64,000 bases of DNA, taken from NCBI GenBank assembly GCA_963662285.2, contig CAXXMV010000008.1, positions 352,001 to 416,000 of the forward strand, given 5' to 3'. Every line of letters begins with the position of its first letter. The stretch's first letter is position 1. Source of the DNA: a bacterium. GTDB lineage: Bacteria > Hinthialibacterota > Hinthialibacteria > Hinthialibacterales > Hinthialibacteraceae. This document shows positions 10,946 through 19,921 of the stretch, piece by piece. The translations under genes were made by a program, and so were the position numbers. The notes below the pieces were generated by a model that was not told the origin of the DNA, did no database searches, and was given only the letters and a program-made list of their open reading frames with translations.

Positions 10946-10974
10946 AAGCTAATGTCGGCTTAGGAGCTTGTCAA
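10946..10974 (-). promoter_or_regulatory. Sigma70-type promoter of thiSGE
   Basis: Minus strand TTGACA-17 nt-TAGCTT, ending 32 nt above the thiS ATG. Confidence 0.6.
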
Positions 10975-11054
10975 GGCAACAACTTTTAATATGCGGGATG
11001 AATCGTGAAAAAATGAAAAAAACGGTAGGTGTTATGCACAGCCCAAGTGGATTT

Positions 11055-11141
11055 GATGGGACGCGCTGACGCTTTGTCCCATACTGTTCGCTAGGTAGGA
11101 TGACATTCTCCCCCCAAGTTTGGGGGGAGTTAGAGGGGGGT
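11055..11141. repeat. Cluster of a GTAG-type REP variant and a CTCCCCCCAAGTTTGGGGGGAG palindrome
   Basis: GATGGGACGCGCTGACGCTTTGTCCCATAC resembles the 46661 copy; the second hairpin resembles the 59842 copy. Confidence 0.65.
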
Positions 11142-11164
11142 TGCGTTTTAACCAATCAACCCAA

Positions 11165-12979
11165 TCATTGCTTCCTAATCAAAACCACCCAATCCTTCGC
11201 AGCATCTTGAGGCGCCTGACCGACTGAACCTGATTGATTCATTGATGCGACTGAGCCTTTTTGCAGGTCACCGCCGTTGCGTGGATCAAACCACTGCACG
11301 GTATAGGCGCCTTCCAGCAGTTTAATATCTGTCGTCCCGCCATTTGGCAGATAGACGGCGTATACCTGTCCCGGTTTAGCGAAGCAAAAATCATCCTTGG
11401 CGGAAGTCAGTTCATCGGCGTGCTTCATTTCCGTGAAAGGCAGGTGTTGTTGGAAGAAATTAAGCGCATAACGGGTGTAATCCCACATTTTATCGCGCGA
11501 GCGCCAATCCTCGCAGTTCAAGTCGTTATGATCGTATTTATATCCGAAATACCATTCGCAGCCAGCGCCGCCCGCCATCAGGTTGCCCCACAGTGAGTAA
11601 TGCCGTACTTCCTTATGTTCTGGATCATCCTTATCAGGCTTCACTCCGGTATGGGCCGGACCGATTTCATCGAGACAGACAAACCACTTATGGTCGGTTC
11701 CATCTGAACGGTCCAGCCATTTGATGGTTTCCGCATGAGTTTTTTCGGGATCGCCCATTTGCAGGGATGGTCCTTCAAGATCAGCATAACCAATCATGGG
11801 CGCATAGACTTTTTCGTACTGGCCGGGATAAGTGTGCACCACGACGGGATGGTCGTAAGCATCAACTTTATGGATATAAGACGAAAAAGCCTTGATCTGC
11901 TCAGTAGTATTGGTGTTCTCTTCGCCCAGGTTCCAAACCAGCGCCAGATGATGACCGAAGCGGGCAATCAATTCCTTGTAGTATAGTTTGCGCTCCAGCG
12001 ACAGTTCGCCGCCGTTGAGCAGTTGGTCGTTTTCGGTTTCCTGAGTAATGACATGCAGCAGCAGACCGAGTTTATCCATGTGGGAAAACACAATTTCCCA
12101 TTGATCTAGTTTACTGCAATCGAAACGGTCGCGGGCGTACATGTTGATCCAGGGCCAGACGTCGCGTCCGTCTCCTTCGATGTTCATGGTCAGGAAATAG
12201 ACCGAATTCATCTCTTCACTGGCTAGATAATTGAGGGCGCCAATGATGTTCTTCCCTTTACCGCCGCGCCAAGTAGGATCGCCCGGTTTCCAATCTTTCC
12301 GGTGAGCCTCATATTTATGCAGACGGCTGATAGGCGCTTCGCCCTGCCGGGTCAAACCGACGTGCTGGTTAAAAGCCTGATCGGTGCTATCGAATTCGAA
12401 GTAAGCCAAAAAGTTTTCCGGGCTGTCCGCGCCGCCTTTGATAAAGGATTCGCCATTTCCAGCGAACTGCATATAACGCTGGCCGACATAACGCAGCATT
12501 CCTTTGGCGCGATGGTCACGACCAGTCTTATCGCTGGGCGATACGACAAACTTACCACTGATATCATCAATGCCTTTTATCTTCTTGCCTGCTTTTTTAT
12601 CAAACGAAAGAGCCACATCCTGACCTTGAACAAACGAAGCGCGGAATTCCCAGGCGCCCGTCTTCTGGGGAACAAAATGCACGCGCCATTTATTTCCCTC
12701 AATAGCGCCGGTTTCAGAAGCATTGCCGTCAGCCGCGAAATAACCGGGGACTCTGATAGTCTGGCTATTTTGGGTAAAATCAACCGTCAAACAATAACCA
12801 CGGAAGGGATTAGGCACGGCGGTTTCACTGGTTTCAGGGCCATTAAAAGTAAAGGTAATGGGATGCCACTGTTTTTGTTCTCCAGTAATAGTCACATTTC
12901 CTAACGCTTCACATTGATTGCTATAAACCATCGAGAAAACCATACAGGCCGCCAAAAAGATAAAAATCGTTTTTTTCAT
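11165..12979 (-). CDS. Secreted DUF5060/glycoside-hydrolase-like TIM-barrel protein with C-terminal beta-sandwich
   Basis: Sec signal peptide; PGYFAADGNA..WRVHF N-domain, WNLGEEN, DEIGP, LWGNLMAGGAG, VQWFDPRNGG..DWVVLI tail typical of DUF5060/DUF4038-like proteins. Confidence 0.75.
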   Translation of the reverse strand: MKKTIFIFLAACMVFSMVYSNQCEALGNVTITGEQKQWHPITFTFNGPETSETAVPNPFRGYCLTVDFTQNSQTIRVPGYFAADGNASETGAIEGNKWRVHFVPQKTGAWEFRASFVQGQDVALSFDKKAGKKIKGIDDISGKFVVSPSDKTGRDHRAKGMLRYVGQRYMQFAGNGESFIKGGADSPENFLAYFEFDSTDQAFNQHVGLTRQGEAPISRLHKYEAHRKDWKPGDPTWRGGKGKNIIGALNYLASEEMNSVYFLTMNIEGDGRDVWPWINMYARDRFDCSKLDQWEIVFSHMDKLGLLLHVITQETENDQLLNGGELSLERKLYYKELIARFGHHLALVWNLGEENTNTTEQIKAFSSYIHKVDAYDHPVVVHTYPGQYEKVYAPMIGYADLEGPSLQMGDPEKTHAETIKWLDRSDGTDHKWFVCLDEIGPAHTGVKPDKDDPEHKEVRHYSLWGNLMAGGAGCEWYFGYKYDHNDLNCEDWRSRDKMWDYTRYALNFFQQHLPFTEMKHADELTSAKDDFCFAKPGQVYAVYLPNGGTTDIKLLEGAYTVQWFDPRNGGDLQKGSVASMNQSGSVGQAPQDAAKDWVVLIRKQ

Positions 12980-13069
12980 TATATTTCCCCATTCCGTTTT
13001 TTAAGCTTCGTATATTCTATCATTTTAAATATTAGCCAAAAACCACCCATTCTATCAGAGATATAGAGT

Positions 13070-13678
13070 CTAATGCTGCCCGTGGTTCGGAGGAAAGCGC
13101 CCTGCATAATGCTTGTCATCCAACAAAACGTAAATATTGGTCGGATTGCCTTCCCAGAATACGATTTCTCCAATGCTATAGAGACCATTGGTTGAATCAT
13201 AACTATGGTATGGATATTTGTTAAAAAGAATTTTCGGTTGAAACCAGTATATAACTAATGCATGAAGTTTTGATGGACCAGTGGAACTTAGGGAATAGGC
13301 CGTAATACGGCTTTGAGCAGATACGATGCGCTCATGAGCGTAGCCATACCAATAAGGACGCCCGGAACCTTTCAAAAACGGGTCTTCAGGAACGCTGGAG
13401 ATATAGGAGACTGGCGTAGTCAGCCATGACAGAACTGATGAGGGAATTGTTTTCAATGAAGAGGAGACGACGCCATAGGGCGCATAACCATTATGATCCG
13501 CGCGGTAAAGTTCCTGGGCGGATATTAGAGCGTGAATATCAGAGACCGAACGCGCAATATTAGCCCTGATCCGCGCATTCAAAAAACTAGGGATGGCAAT
13601 CGCCGCCAGGATGCCAATGATGGCGACGACTATCAGTAATTCCAAAAGCGTAAACGCCCTGATGCGCCCTGTGCTCAT
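13070..13678 (-). CDS. Prepilin-type N-terminal cleavage/methylation domain protein (GspG/pilin-like)
   Basis: RA|FTLLELLIVVAIIGILAAIAIP class III signal; LTTPVSYISSVPEDPF; YDSTNGLYSIGEI. Confidence 0.88.
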   Translation of the reverse strand: MSTGRIRAFTLLELLIVVAIIGILAAIAIPSFLNARIRANIARSVSDIHALISAQELYRADHNGYAPYGVVSSSLKTIPSSVLSWLTTPVSYISSVPEDPFLKGSGRPYWYGYAHERIVSAQSRITAYSLSSTGPSKLHALVIYWFQPKILFNKYPYHSYDSTNGLYSIGEIVFWEGNPTNIYVLLDDKHYAGRFPPNHGQH

Positions 13679-13707
13679 ATTTTCAGATTAACCTCCCGGT
13701 TATACGT

Positions 13708-13743
13708 TCCCTCTCCCGCCGGGAGAGGGCAAGGGTGAGGGGG
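13708..13743 (+). repeat. CCCTCTCCC family palindromic repeat
   Basis: TCCCTCTCCCGCCGGGAGAGGGCAAGGGTGAGGGGG. Confidence 0.8.
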
Positions 13744-13791
13744 CGAAATAAACAACCTCATTAAACCAAAAATCAAAATCTATAACATCCA

Positions 13792-13820
13792 GGGGGGATG
13801 CGAATAATCCACATCCCCCC
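13792..13820 (-). terminator. Hairpin downstream of the PHP gene (possible terminator)
   Basis: GGGGGGATG-loop-CATCCCCCC; weak U tract. Confidence 0.4.
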
Positions 13821-13854
13821 ATAAACATTAATCGTTAACTCATGTCTCAGAATA

Positions 13855-14970
13855 TCATTCCAAAGACAAAGTATAATCCACCGTCAAAGATTCTCCCGGC
13901 GCTACTAGTAAGTTAACAACCTGGTAAGATAGGGGAACTTCTGTGACATTCTCTCCAACTTTCAAACTGAGTTGCATAGTCGAATCGCCGCTCAGGGTGA
14001 AACTGGCTGGTCCATGCGGTCCAACGCGCTTGAACTCAAAATCAATCCCTGAGGTATTGGTCAGATTGATCCAATAGGTATTGCCATCTTTACGGTATGG
14101 CTCACTGACCATAACTGAATTAGCCAGGATGGCTTCCAGATAACGCTCCTTGCCGATGATCTGGTTCTTATACCAGACAGCGGTTCTTCCGGCGAACAAT
14201 GCTTCTTTGAGAGCAGGTAAAGTTTTTTCGGTTACAAAGACCAGCGTAACAGTACGGTGATTCTCATTTGTTGTTTCCATCAACATTGCCGGAGCATGGA
14301 TATCGGAATTGCCCATCATGGTCAAACCTTTTTCCAGACACCACTTATGAGCATTGGGATAGTAAGTTCCACCATTGCATACTTCCATGCCATGCAATAA
14401 TTTTTCTTCATATATTTTTGTATGGACGTCAAGCCACCGGCCTTTTTCTTCACCCTTCCATGCCTGATGATTCCACCATACAAAAGCGCCCTGCTGGTTA
14501 GCAGCCTTGATGCTATCGACGAAATCTTCCGTATCCAGGGGATCAATATCATTCAGGAAGATAGCATTGAAATGTCCCGGAGGAGTATCGCGGGTAATTT
14601 CCGCCGCACGGGGAAATAGAATTCCCTTTTCTTTTGCTGAAGGCTCGGCAATCTCGAATGAACGGTTGAAATTGGTGGGAAGGTCATTCTTGTGAGGTTG
14701 ATACTCAATATGATCCGAAATTGCTATGGCATCCAGATCCTCACGCCATGCCTCATTCACTCTAACGTTGGGCCATACCTGACCATCAGAGAAGACGGTA
14801 TGCATGTGCAAATCGCACTTTAAGGTTTGATAATCAAGAATATCAGGGATATGAAATTCTTTTTTAGGTTGAGAAACAATTTTCCATGTGGTTTTCTCCT
14901 GGCAATACGCTCCAGAAGAAAACACTAGACAAGCTGCAATGATGCTAAACATAAAAGTGATGCGTTTCAT
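13855..14970 (-). CDS. Secreted PHP-domain phosphoesterase/phosphodiesterase
   Basis: Signal peptide; DLHMHTVFSDG, SDHIEY, PPGHFNA, GNSDIH. Confidence 0.88.
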   Translation of the reverse strand: MKRITFMFSIIAACLVFSSGAYCQEKTTWKIVSQPKKEFHIPDILDYQTLKCDLHMHTVFSDGQVWPNVRVNEAWREDLDAIAISDHIEYQPHKNDLPTNFNRSFEIAEPSAKEKGILFPRAAEITRDTPPGHFNAIFLNDIDPLDTEDFVDSIKAANQQGAFVWWNHQAWKGEEKGRWLDVHTKIYEEKLLHGMEVCNGGTYYPNAHKWCLEKGLTMMGNSDIHAPAMLMETTNENHRTVTLVFVTEKTLPALKEALFAGRTAVWYKNQIIGKERYLEAILANSVMVSEPYRKDGNTYWINLTNTSGIDFEFKRVGPHGPASFTLSGDSTMQLSLKVGENVTEVPLSYQVVNLLVAPGESLTVDYTLSLE

Positions 14971-15224
14971 TCTTCAATTCTCCTATCAAGATTTTTTGGT
15001 TATTTGATTATCTATTATTAGAAGCTCTGCTGTCAACCATTAACTTATTACAATTACGTCAACCTTTAGTTAACATTTTATTTATATATCATACTCCAGT
15101 CCGCCGCTTAATGGATTGAATATTATTACTATATGATCATTTATGGGTAGCAACTTACCAGGGAATCTAATAGTATTATATAAAAATTAAAGATTCAAAT
15201 CCAAGCATATTATAAGGATGGGAA

Positions 15225-16247
15225 ATGATGAAAAAAATCGCGTTTTACATTTGCCTGATCGGGGTAATGGCGTGTAATTATGGAATATGCGCCAAAGGAG
15301 CGGGGATTGTGAAAGAAGAATTTATCTACGCCAAAGCCTCATTCCCTTCATGCCATGCATCGACGCTGATTGAGTCGGAACCGGGCGTCATTTTAGCTGC
15401 GTGGTTTGGCGGTACGGGTGAAGGCGACAATGATGTTGGAATATGGGCGTCTCATTGCGTTGACGGCGTATGGACAAAACCTATTGAGATTGCAACAGCC
15501 GAAGCAGTGCCATGCTGGAATCCGGTTTTATTCAAAATGCCGGACGGCGAAATATGCCTGTTCTACAAAGCAGGCCCAAGCCCACGAGAATGGTCAGGTT
15601 TAATCAAGCGATCCCGCGATGGCGGCAAGACATGGTCCAAAGAAGAACTGCTGCCCGCCGGAATTCTCGGCCCGATCAAGAACAAACCAATTCTTCTGAA
15701 AGACGGCAGTTTAGTCTGTGGATCATCAGTGGAAAGCTGGCGCACCTGGACCTGCTGGATGGAAATCACCAAAGACAGCGGTAAAACCTGGAACAAATAC
15801 GGCCCTATCGTTCATCCTGAAGAGATCAATGGCATCATTCAGCCGACATTGTTCATGGATCAAGATGATAACCTGCGCATGTTGGCCCGTTCAACCCGTA
15901 AGATTGGTTATATCTGCTCATCCAAATCAACTGATGGCGGCAAAACCTGGTCGACTGTCAAAAATACTAACTTGCCTCACCCCGGTTCGGGTATTGACGC
16001 AGTTGATCTGAAAGACGGACGGGTGGTTTTGATCTATAACCACACCAAACGTGGACGCAGCCCGATCAACGTAGGACTATCAAAAGACGGCGGCGACACA
16101 TGGGAAATGATAGTCACCCTGGAAGATCAACCGGGCGAATACTCTTATCCTGCGGTCATTCAAACCAGCGATGGTTTAGTGCATACCACCTATACCTGGA
16201 AGCGTGAATTGATCAAACACGTCGTACTTGATCCATCAAAGTGGTAG
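15225..16247 (+). CDS. Secreted sialidase-like (BNR/Asp-box) beta-propeller protein
   Basis: Four Asp-boxes (SRDGGKTWS, TKDSGKTWN, STDGGKTWS, SKDGGDTWE); CHASTL, GPIKNKP, EYSYPA. Confidence 0.88.
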   Translation: MMKKIAFYICLIGVMACNYGICAKGAGIVKEEFIYAKASFPSCHASTLIESEPGVILAAWFGGTGEGDNDVGIWASHCVDGVWTKPIEIATAEAVPCWNPVLFKMPDGEICLFYKAGPSPREWSGLIKRSRDGGKTWSKEELLPAGILGPIKNKPILLKDGSLVCGSSVESWRTWTCWMEITKDSGKTWNKYGPIVHPEEINGIIQPTLFMDQDDNLRMLARSTRKIGYICSSKSTDGGKTWSTVKNTNLPHPGSGIDAVDLKDGRVVLIYNHTKRGRSPINVGLSKDGGDTWEMIVTLEDQPGEYSYPAVIQTSDGLVHTTYTWKRELIKHVVLDPSKW

Positions 16248-16307
16248 AGTAGTATATGAAATGTAAAAAAATGAATTCAGTGAAATGGAATAAGGAGGTT
16301 ATTTTTT

Positions 16308-17343
16308 ATGTTTAAGAATATCAAAACCATGTTAGTAGTCGGGATAACGATTGGTCTTTGCTTCAGCGGGTGCGGAGGCGGAGGAGAAAGCGAAACTGGA
16401 AGCGGTAAAGTGATTGAATTATCCTACAGTATATTCTTCCCACCAACGCATATTCAATGCATCACAGCAGACGCATGGGCCAAAGAGATCGAAAAAACGC
16501 ACTGATGGACGCGTAAAGATCGCCATGTATCCTGGAGGATCATTATCCAAGGCGCCTCAAGTTTATGAGGGCGTGGTTAATGGCATCTCTGATATCGGAA
16601 TGAGCTGTTTCGCTTATACCCGCGGCCGCTTCCCCTTACTGGAAGGACTGGATTTACCTGTAGGTTATCCCAATGGATTAACGGCCACCAAAGCCGCCAA
16701 CGAAATGATCAAAAAACACAATCCTAAAGAAGTGGCGGATACTCACGTACTTTATATCCATGCTCATGGTCCTGGATTATTAGCCTCTAAAAAACCTGTA
16801 CGCTCTCTAGAGGATATCAAAGGATTGAAAGTTCGGGCGACTGGACTTTCCTCCAAAATCGTCGCCAGCCTGGGCGGTTCTCCTGTCGCTATGAGCCAGC
16901 CGGAAACTTATGAAGCATTACAACGCGGCGTGGTTGAAGCCACCTTCTGTCCAATTGAAACGCTAAAGGGATGGAAGCAAGGCGAAGTTATCGACTATGT
17001 GATTGATACATCCGTCATTGGATATACCACATCTATGTTCGTCGTTATGAACAATGATAAATGGAATAGCCTTCCAGCCGATATCCAGAAGATATTCGAC
17101 GAAGTATGCGCCGAATGGATTATAAGACACGGCGAAGCATGGGATGAAGCTGATGCTCAGGGCCGGGAATTCGTTAAAGAACTCAAACGGGAAACCATCA
17201 CTCTTCCGGTTGAAGAACAAGCCAAATTAAAAACAGCTGTTGAACCTATTCTTAGCGAATATGTCAAAACCACTACTGAGAAAGAATTGCCGGGAGACGT
17301 ATTCCTAAAGGATCTACAAGACATTCTGGCCAAAGGCAAATAG
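16308..17343 (+). pseudogene. dctP: TRAP transporter substrate-binding lipoprotein DctP, frameshifted (or sequencing error)
   Basis: Lipobox LCFSG|C and [18 protein letters not shown] in one frame continue as [16 protein letters not shown] in the +1 frame. One extra A in GAAAAAACGC at about 16491-16497. Confidence 0.85.
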
Positions 17344-17363
17344 TACTCTGATCAACAATAAAT

Positions 17364-17413
17364 GCCCTCACTCCAGTCCCCTCTCCCCACGGGAGAGGGC
17401 TAGGGTGAGGGCG
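17364..17413. repeat. CCCTCTCCC family, extended palindrome
   Basis: GCCCTCACTCCAGTCCCCTCTCCCCACGGGAGAGGGCTAGGGTGAGGGC, between dctP and dctQ. Confidence 0.8.
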
Positions 17414-17454
17414 GAATTAAATTAGTTGAACTCAATATTAAAATCAGGCAATCC

Positions 17455-17952
17455 ATGAATTCTATTCTTAATACGTTATCCACCCTGGTAAAAGGACTGG
17501 TATTTTTTTTAACGGTGATATCCGGATTGTGCATCCTCCTCATGATGACGATTACCTGTCTGGATATCATTCTACGTCTTTTCGGCCATCCCATTACCGG
17601 CGTCTATGATATAATAAAACTCACCAGCGCAATCACCATTTGCTGCGCCTTACCATACACTACGGCGGTAAAGGGTCATGTCTCAGTTGAGTATTTTTTC
17701 CACAAACTAAACCGTAGGAACCGCATTATAGTAGATACGATCACCCGCGTTCTCACCATGTCCTTTTTCGGCCTTCTGGCCTATCGCTGTTTCTATTATG
17801 GATTAGCGCTCTACAACAGTGGAGAAGCAACCGCAACATTACAAATCCCGACTTTCTGGGTAATGTACGTGATCTCATTTTCTTGCGTTATTGTTGTTTT
17901 TGTTATCTTCGAGCACCTGCTTCACCCCGGTAAAGAAATGATTAAGCCATGA
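17455..17952 (+). CDS. dctQ: TRAP transporter small permease
   Basis: 165 aa, four TM segments, DIILR..PITG..KGHVSV..TLQIP; lies between dctP and dctM. Confidence 0.92.
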   Translation: MNSILNTLSTLVKGLVFFLTVISGLCILLMMTITCLDIILRLFGHPITGVYDIIKLTSAITICCALPYTTAVKGHVSVEYFFHKLNRRNRIIVDTITRVLTMSFFGLLAYRCFYYGLALYNSGEATATLQIPTFWVMYVISFSCVIVVFVIFEHLLHPGKEMIKP

Positions 17953-19250
17953 CTCCTATCGACTTCGGCATCCTAGGTTGCATCCTATTATTTATACTTC
18001 TTGTCAGCAGTATGCCGGTGGCCTTTGTAATGGCCATTACCGGAGCAATCGGATTCACCTTCATCGTCAATCCTCATGCAGCGCTGAGCATGATCACCAG
18101 CGACCTCTATGAGACCATGTCTTCTTACAGTCTGACAGTGATCCCCTTATTCGTATTCATGGGACAGTTGGCCTTTCACGCTGGAATAAGCCGACGGTTG
18201 TTCAACACCGCTTACACCTGGTTGGGCGCATTACCCGGTGGACTGGCTATGGCCACTATTGGCGCCTGCACTGCTTTCGGCGCAATCTGCGGTTCTGGTC
18301 CGGCCACCGCCGCCACTATGGCATCCGTCGCCATACCAGAAATGAAGCGCTATAAATACAGCATGGAATTAGCCAGCGGAGCGGTGGCGTCAGGCGGCGG
18401 CCTGGGAATGCTGATCCCCCCCAGCGTGGTCTTTATCGTATACGCCATCATGACCGAACAATCAGTAGGCAAGTTATTCATCGCCGGAATCATTCCCGGA
18501 ATATTGGTGGCGGTGCTCTTTTGTTTAACCATTTACATAAACTGCAAACGTCGACCCGAACTTGGACCCGCCGGACCCAAAACCACCTGGAAAGAAAAAT
18601 TCATCTCTCTAGGCGGCGTATCAGAAACCTTACTATTATTCATCCTGGTTATGGGCGGCATGTTCCAGGGATTTTTCACGCCGACCGAAGCGGCTGCTGT
18701 GGGAGCAGCGGGCAGCCTGATCATCGTGCTTATCCGTCGCAGCCTATCCTGGAACGCCCTGCTCAAATCACTCAAAGAGACTATCCGCACATCCTGCATG
18801 GTCATTATCATTGTGGCGGGCGCTATCATGTTCGGACGCTTTCTGGCGGTCACGCGCATCCCGTTTGAACTGGCCAACTGGCTAACCAGCCTTCCCCTTC
18901 CCGGTATGGTTATCATGGCTTTCATTATCCTATTCTATATAATTTGCGGCTGTTTTGTGGATGCTCTGGCTTTAATCCTTTTAACCATTCCCATCTTTTT
19001 CCCGGTGGTAGTGTCCTTAAATTATAATCCGATATGGTTTGGCGTTATAATTGTTATCGTAACCCAGATGGGAGTAATCTCACCTCCGGTTGGGGTAAAT
19101 GTCTATGTTGTTAGTGGAATCGAGCGGGATATCCCACTACAAACTGTTTTTAAGGGAACTATGCCATTTTTGCTTGCGCTAGTAGTAGCCGCCATTATTC
19201 TGGTTGCTTTTCCCCAATTATCCCTGTTCCTGCCGGGATTGGTGCAATAA
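17949..19250 (+). CDS. dctM: TRAP transporter large permease
   Basis: IPLFVFMG, FGAICGS, LGMLIPPS, FTPTEAA, SPPVGVN; ATGA overlap with dctQ. Confidence 0.95.
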   Translation: MTPIDFGILGCILLFILLVSSMPVAFVMAITGAIGFTFIVNPHAALSMITSDLYETMSSYSLTVIPLFVFMGQLAFHAGISRRLFNTAYTWLGALPGGLAMATIGACTAFGAICGSGPATAATMASVAIPEMKRYKYSMELASGAVASGGGLGMLIPPSVVFIVYAIMTEQSVGKLFIAGIIPGILVAVLFCLTIYINCKRRPELGPAGPKTTWKEKFISLGGVSETLLLFILVMGGMFQGFFTPTEAAAVGAAGSLIIVLIRRSLSWNALLKSLKETIRTSCMVIIIVAGAIMFGRFLAVTRIPFELANWLTSLPLPGMVIMAFIILFYIICGCFVDALALILLTIPIFFPVVVSLNYNPIWFGVIIVIVTQMGVISPPVGVNVYVVSGIERDIPLQTVFKGTMPFLLALVVAAIILVAFPQLSLFLPGLVQ

Positions 19251-19277
19251 AACCTGAAGCATCAAGGAGGAATATTA

Positions 19278-19781
19278 ATGCTAAACCTTGATATACAACT
19301 CCATCCATCACAACGTATATTATTCTGTACTGATTTCTCGGAAAATTCTCAATTGGCGTTCAAATACGCCATTGATGCCGCACAGCGCTTCCCCGGTTCC
19401 ACGCTTCATTTACTGCATGTTATTCCAGAAGTCGAAGCGCAGTTCTGGAAAACCTACATCTATGAAATCGATGGCATTGATGATAAAGCCAAACAGGATA
19501 TTAATGAGAAAATCACCACGGATTATCTTTCCCGCATCCCTCGGGATATTAAATCACAAGTAGAAGTCCGCATGGGAAAAGACTACCAGACTATTCTCGA
19601 ATACGCCGGGGAAATCGACTGCGACCTCATCATCATTGGACGCCAGGGTCAATCAAATTTCAAAAAAGTACTATTCGGAAATGTCACAGAAAAAGTAACC
19701 CGGCACGCCAAATGCCCCATACTGGTAATTCCATTAATCTATGAGACCAAACTGAAAACACAGCCCGACAAAACGAAATAG
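19278..19781 (+). CDS. Universal stress protein
   Basis: ILFCTDFSENS, LHLLHV, DLIIIGRQG, LFGNVTEKVTRHAKCPILVIP. Confidence 0.92.
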   Translation: MLNLDIQLHPSQRILFCTDFSENSQLAFKYAIDAAQRFPGSTLHLLHVIPEVEAQFWKTYIYEIDGIDDKAKQDINEKITTDYLSRIPRDIKSQVEVRMGKDYQTILEYAGEIDCDLIIIGRQGQSNFKKVLFGNVTEKVTRHAKCPILVIPLIYETKLKTQPDKTK

Positions 19782-19819
19782 ACGCACTATACTATTACAA
19801 TAAATCTCGATCAATAAAG

Positions 19820-19859
19820 TCCCCTCTCCCACCACCGGGAGAGGGCTAGGGTGAAGGCG
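19820..19859 (+). repeat. CCCTCTCCC family palindromic repeat
   Basis: TCCCCTCTCCCACCACCGGGAGAGGGCTAGGGTGAAGG. Confidence 0.78.
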
Positions 19860-19921
19860 AAGTAAAATAACTTCCCGACATACGCATTATCAGTTATTAG
19901 AATTTTATAAGGATAAAAAAA

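Noticed and set aside
12302-12904. Long antisense ORFs (also 37075-37683, 4074-4535, 4171-4707)
   Set aside because: Shadow frames of well-supported genes, with no recognisable motifs.
16500-16505. Selenocysteine TGA in dctP
   Set aside because: The continuation is in a different frame; the TGA arises from the frameshift.
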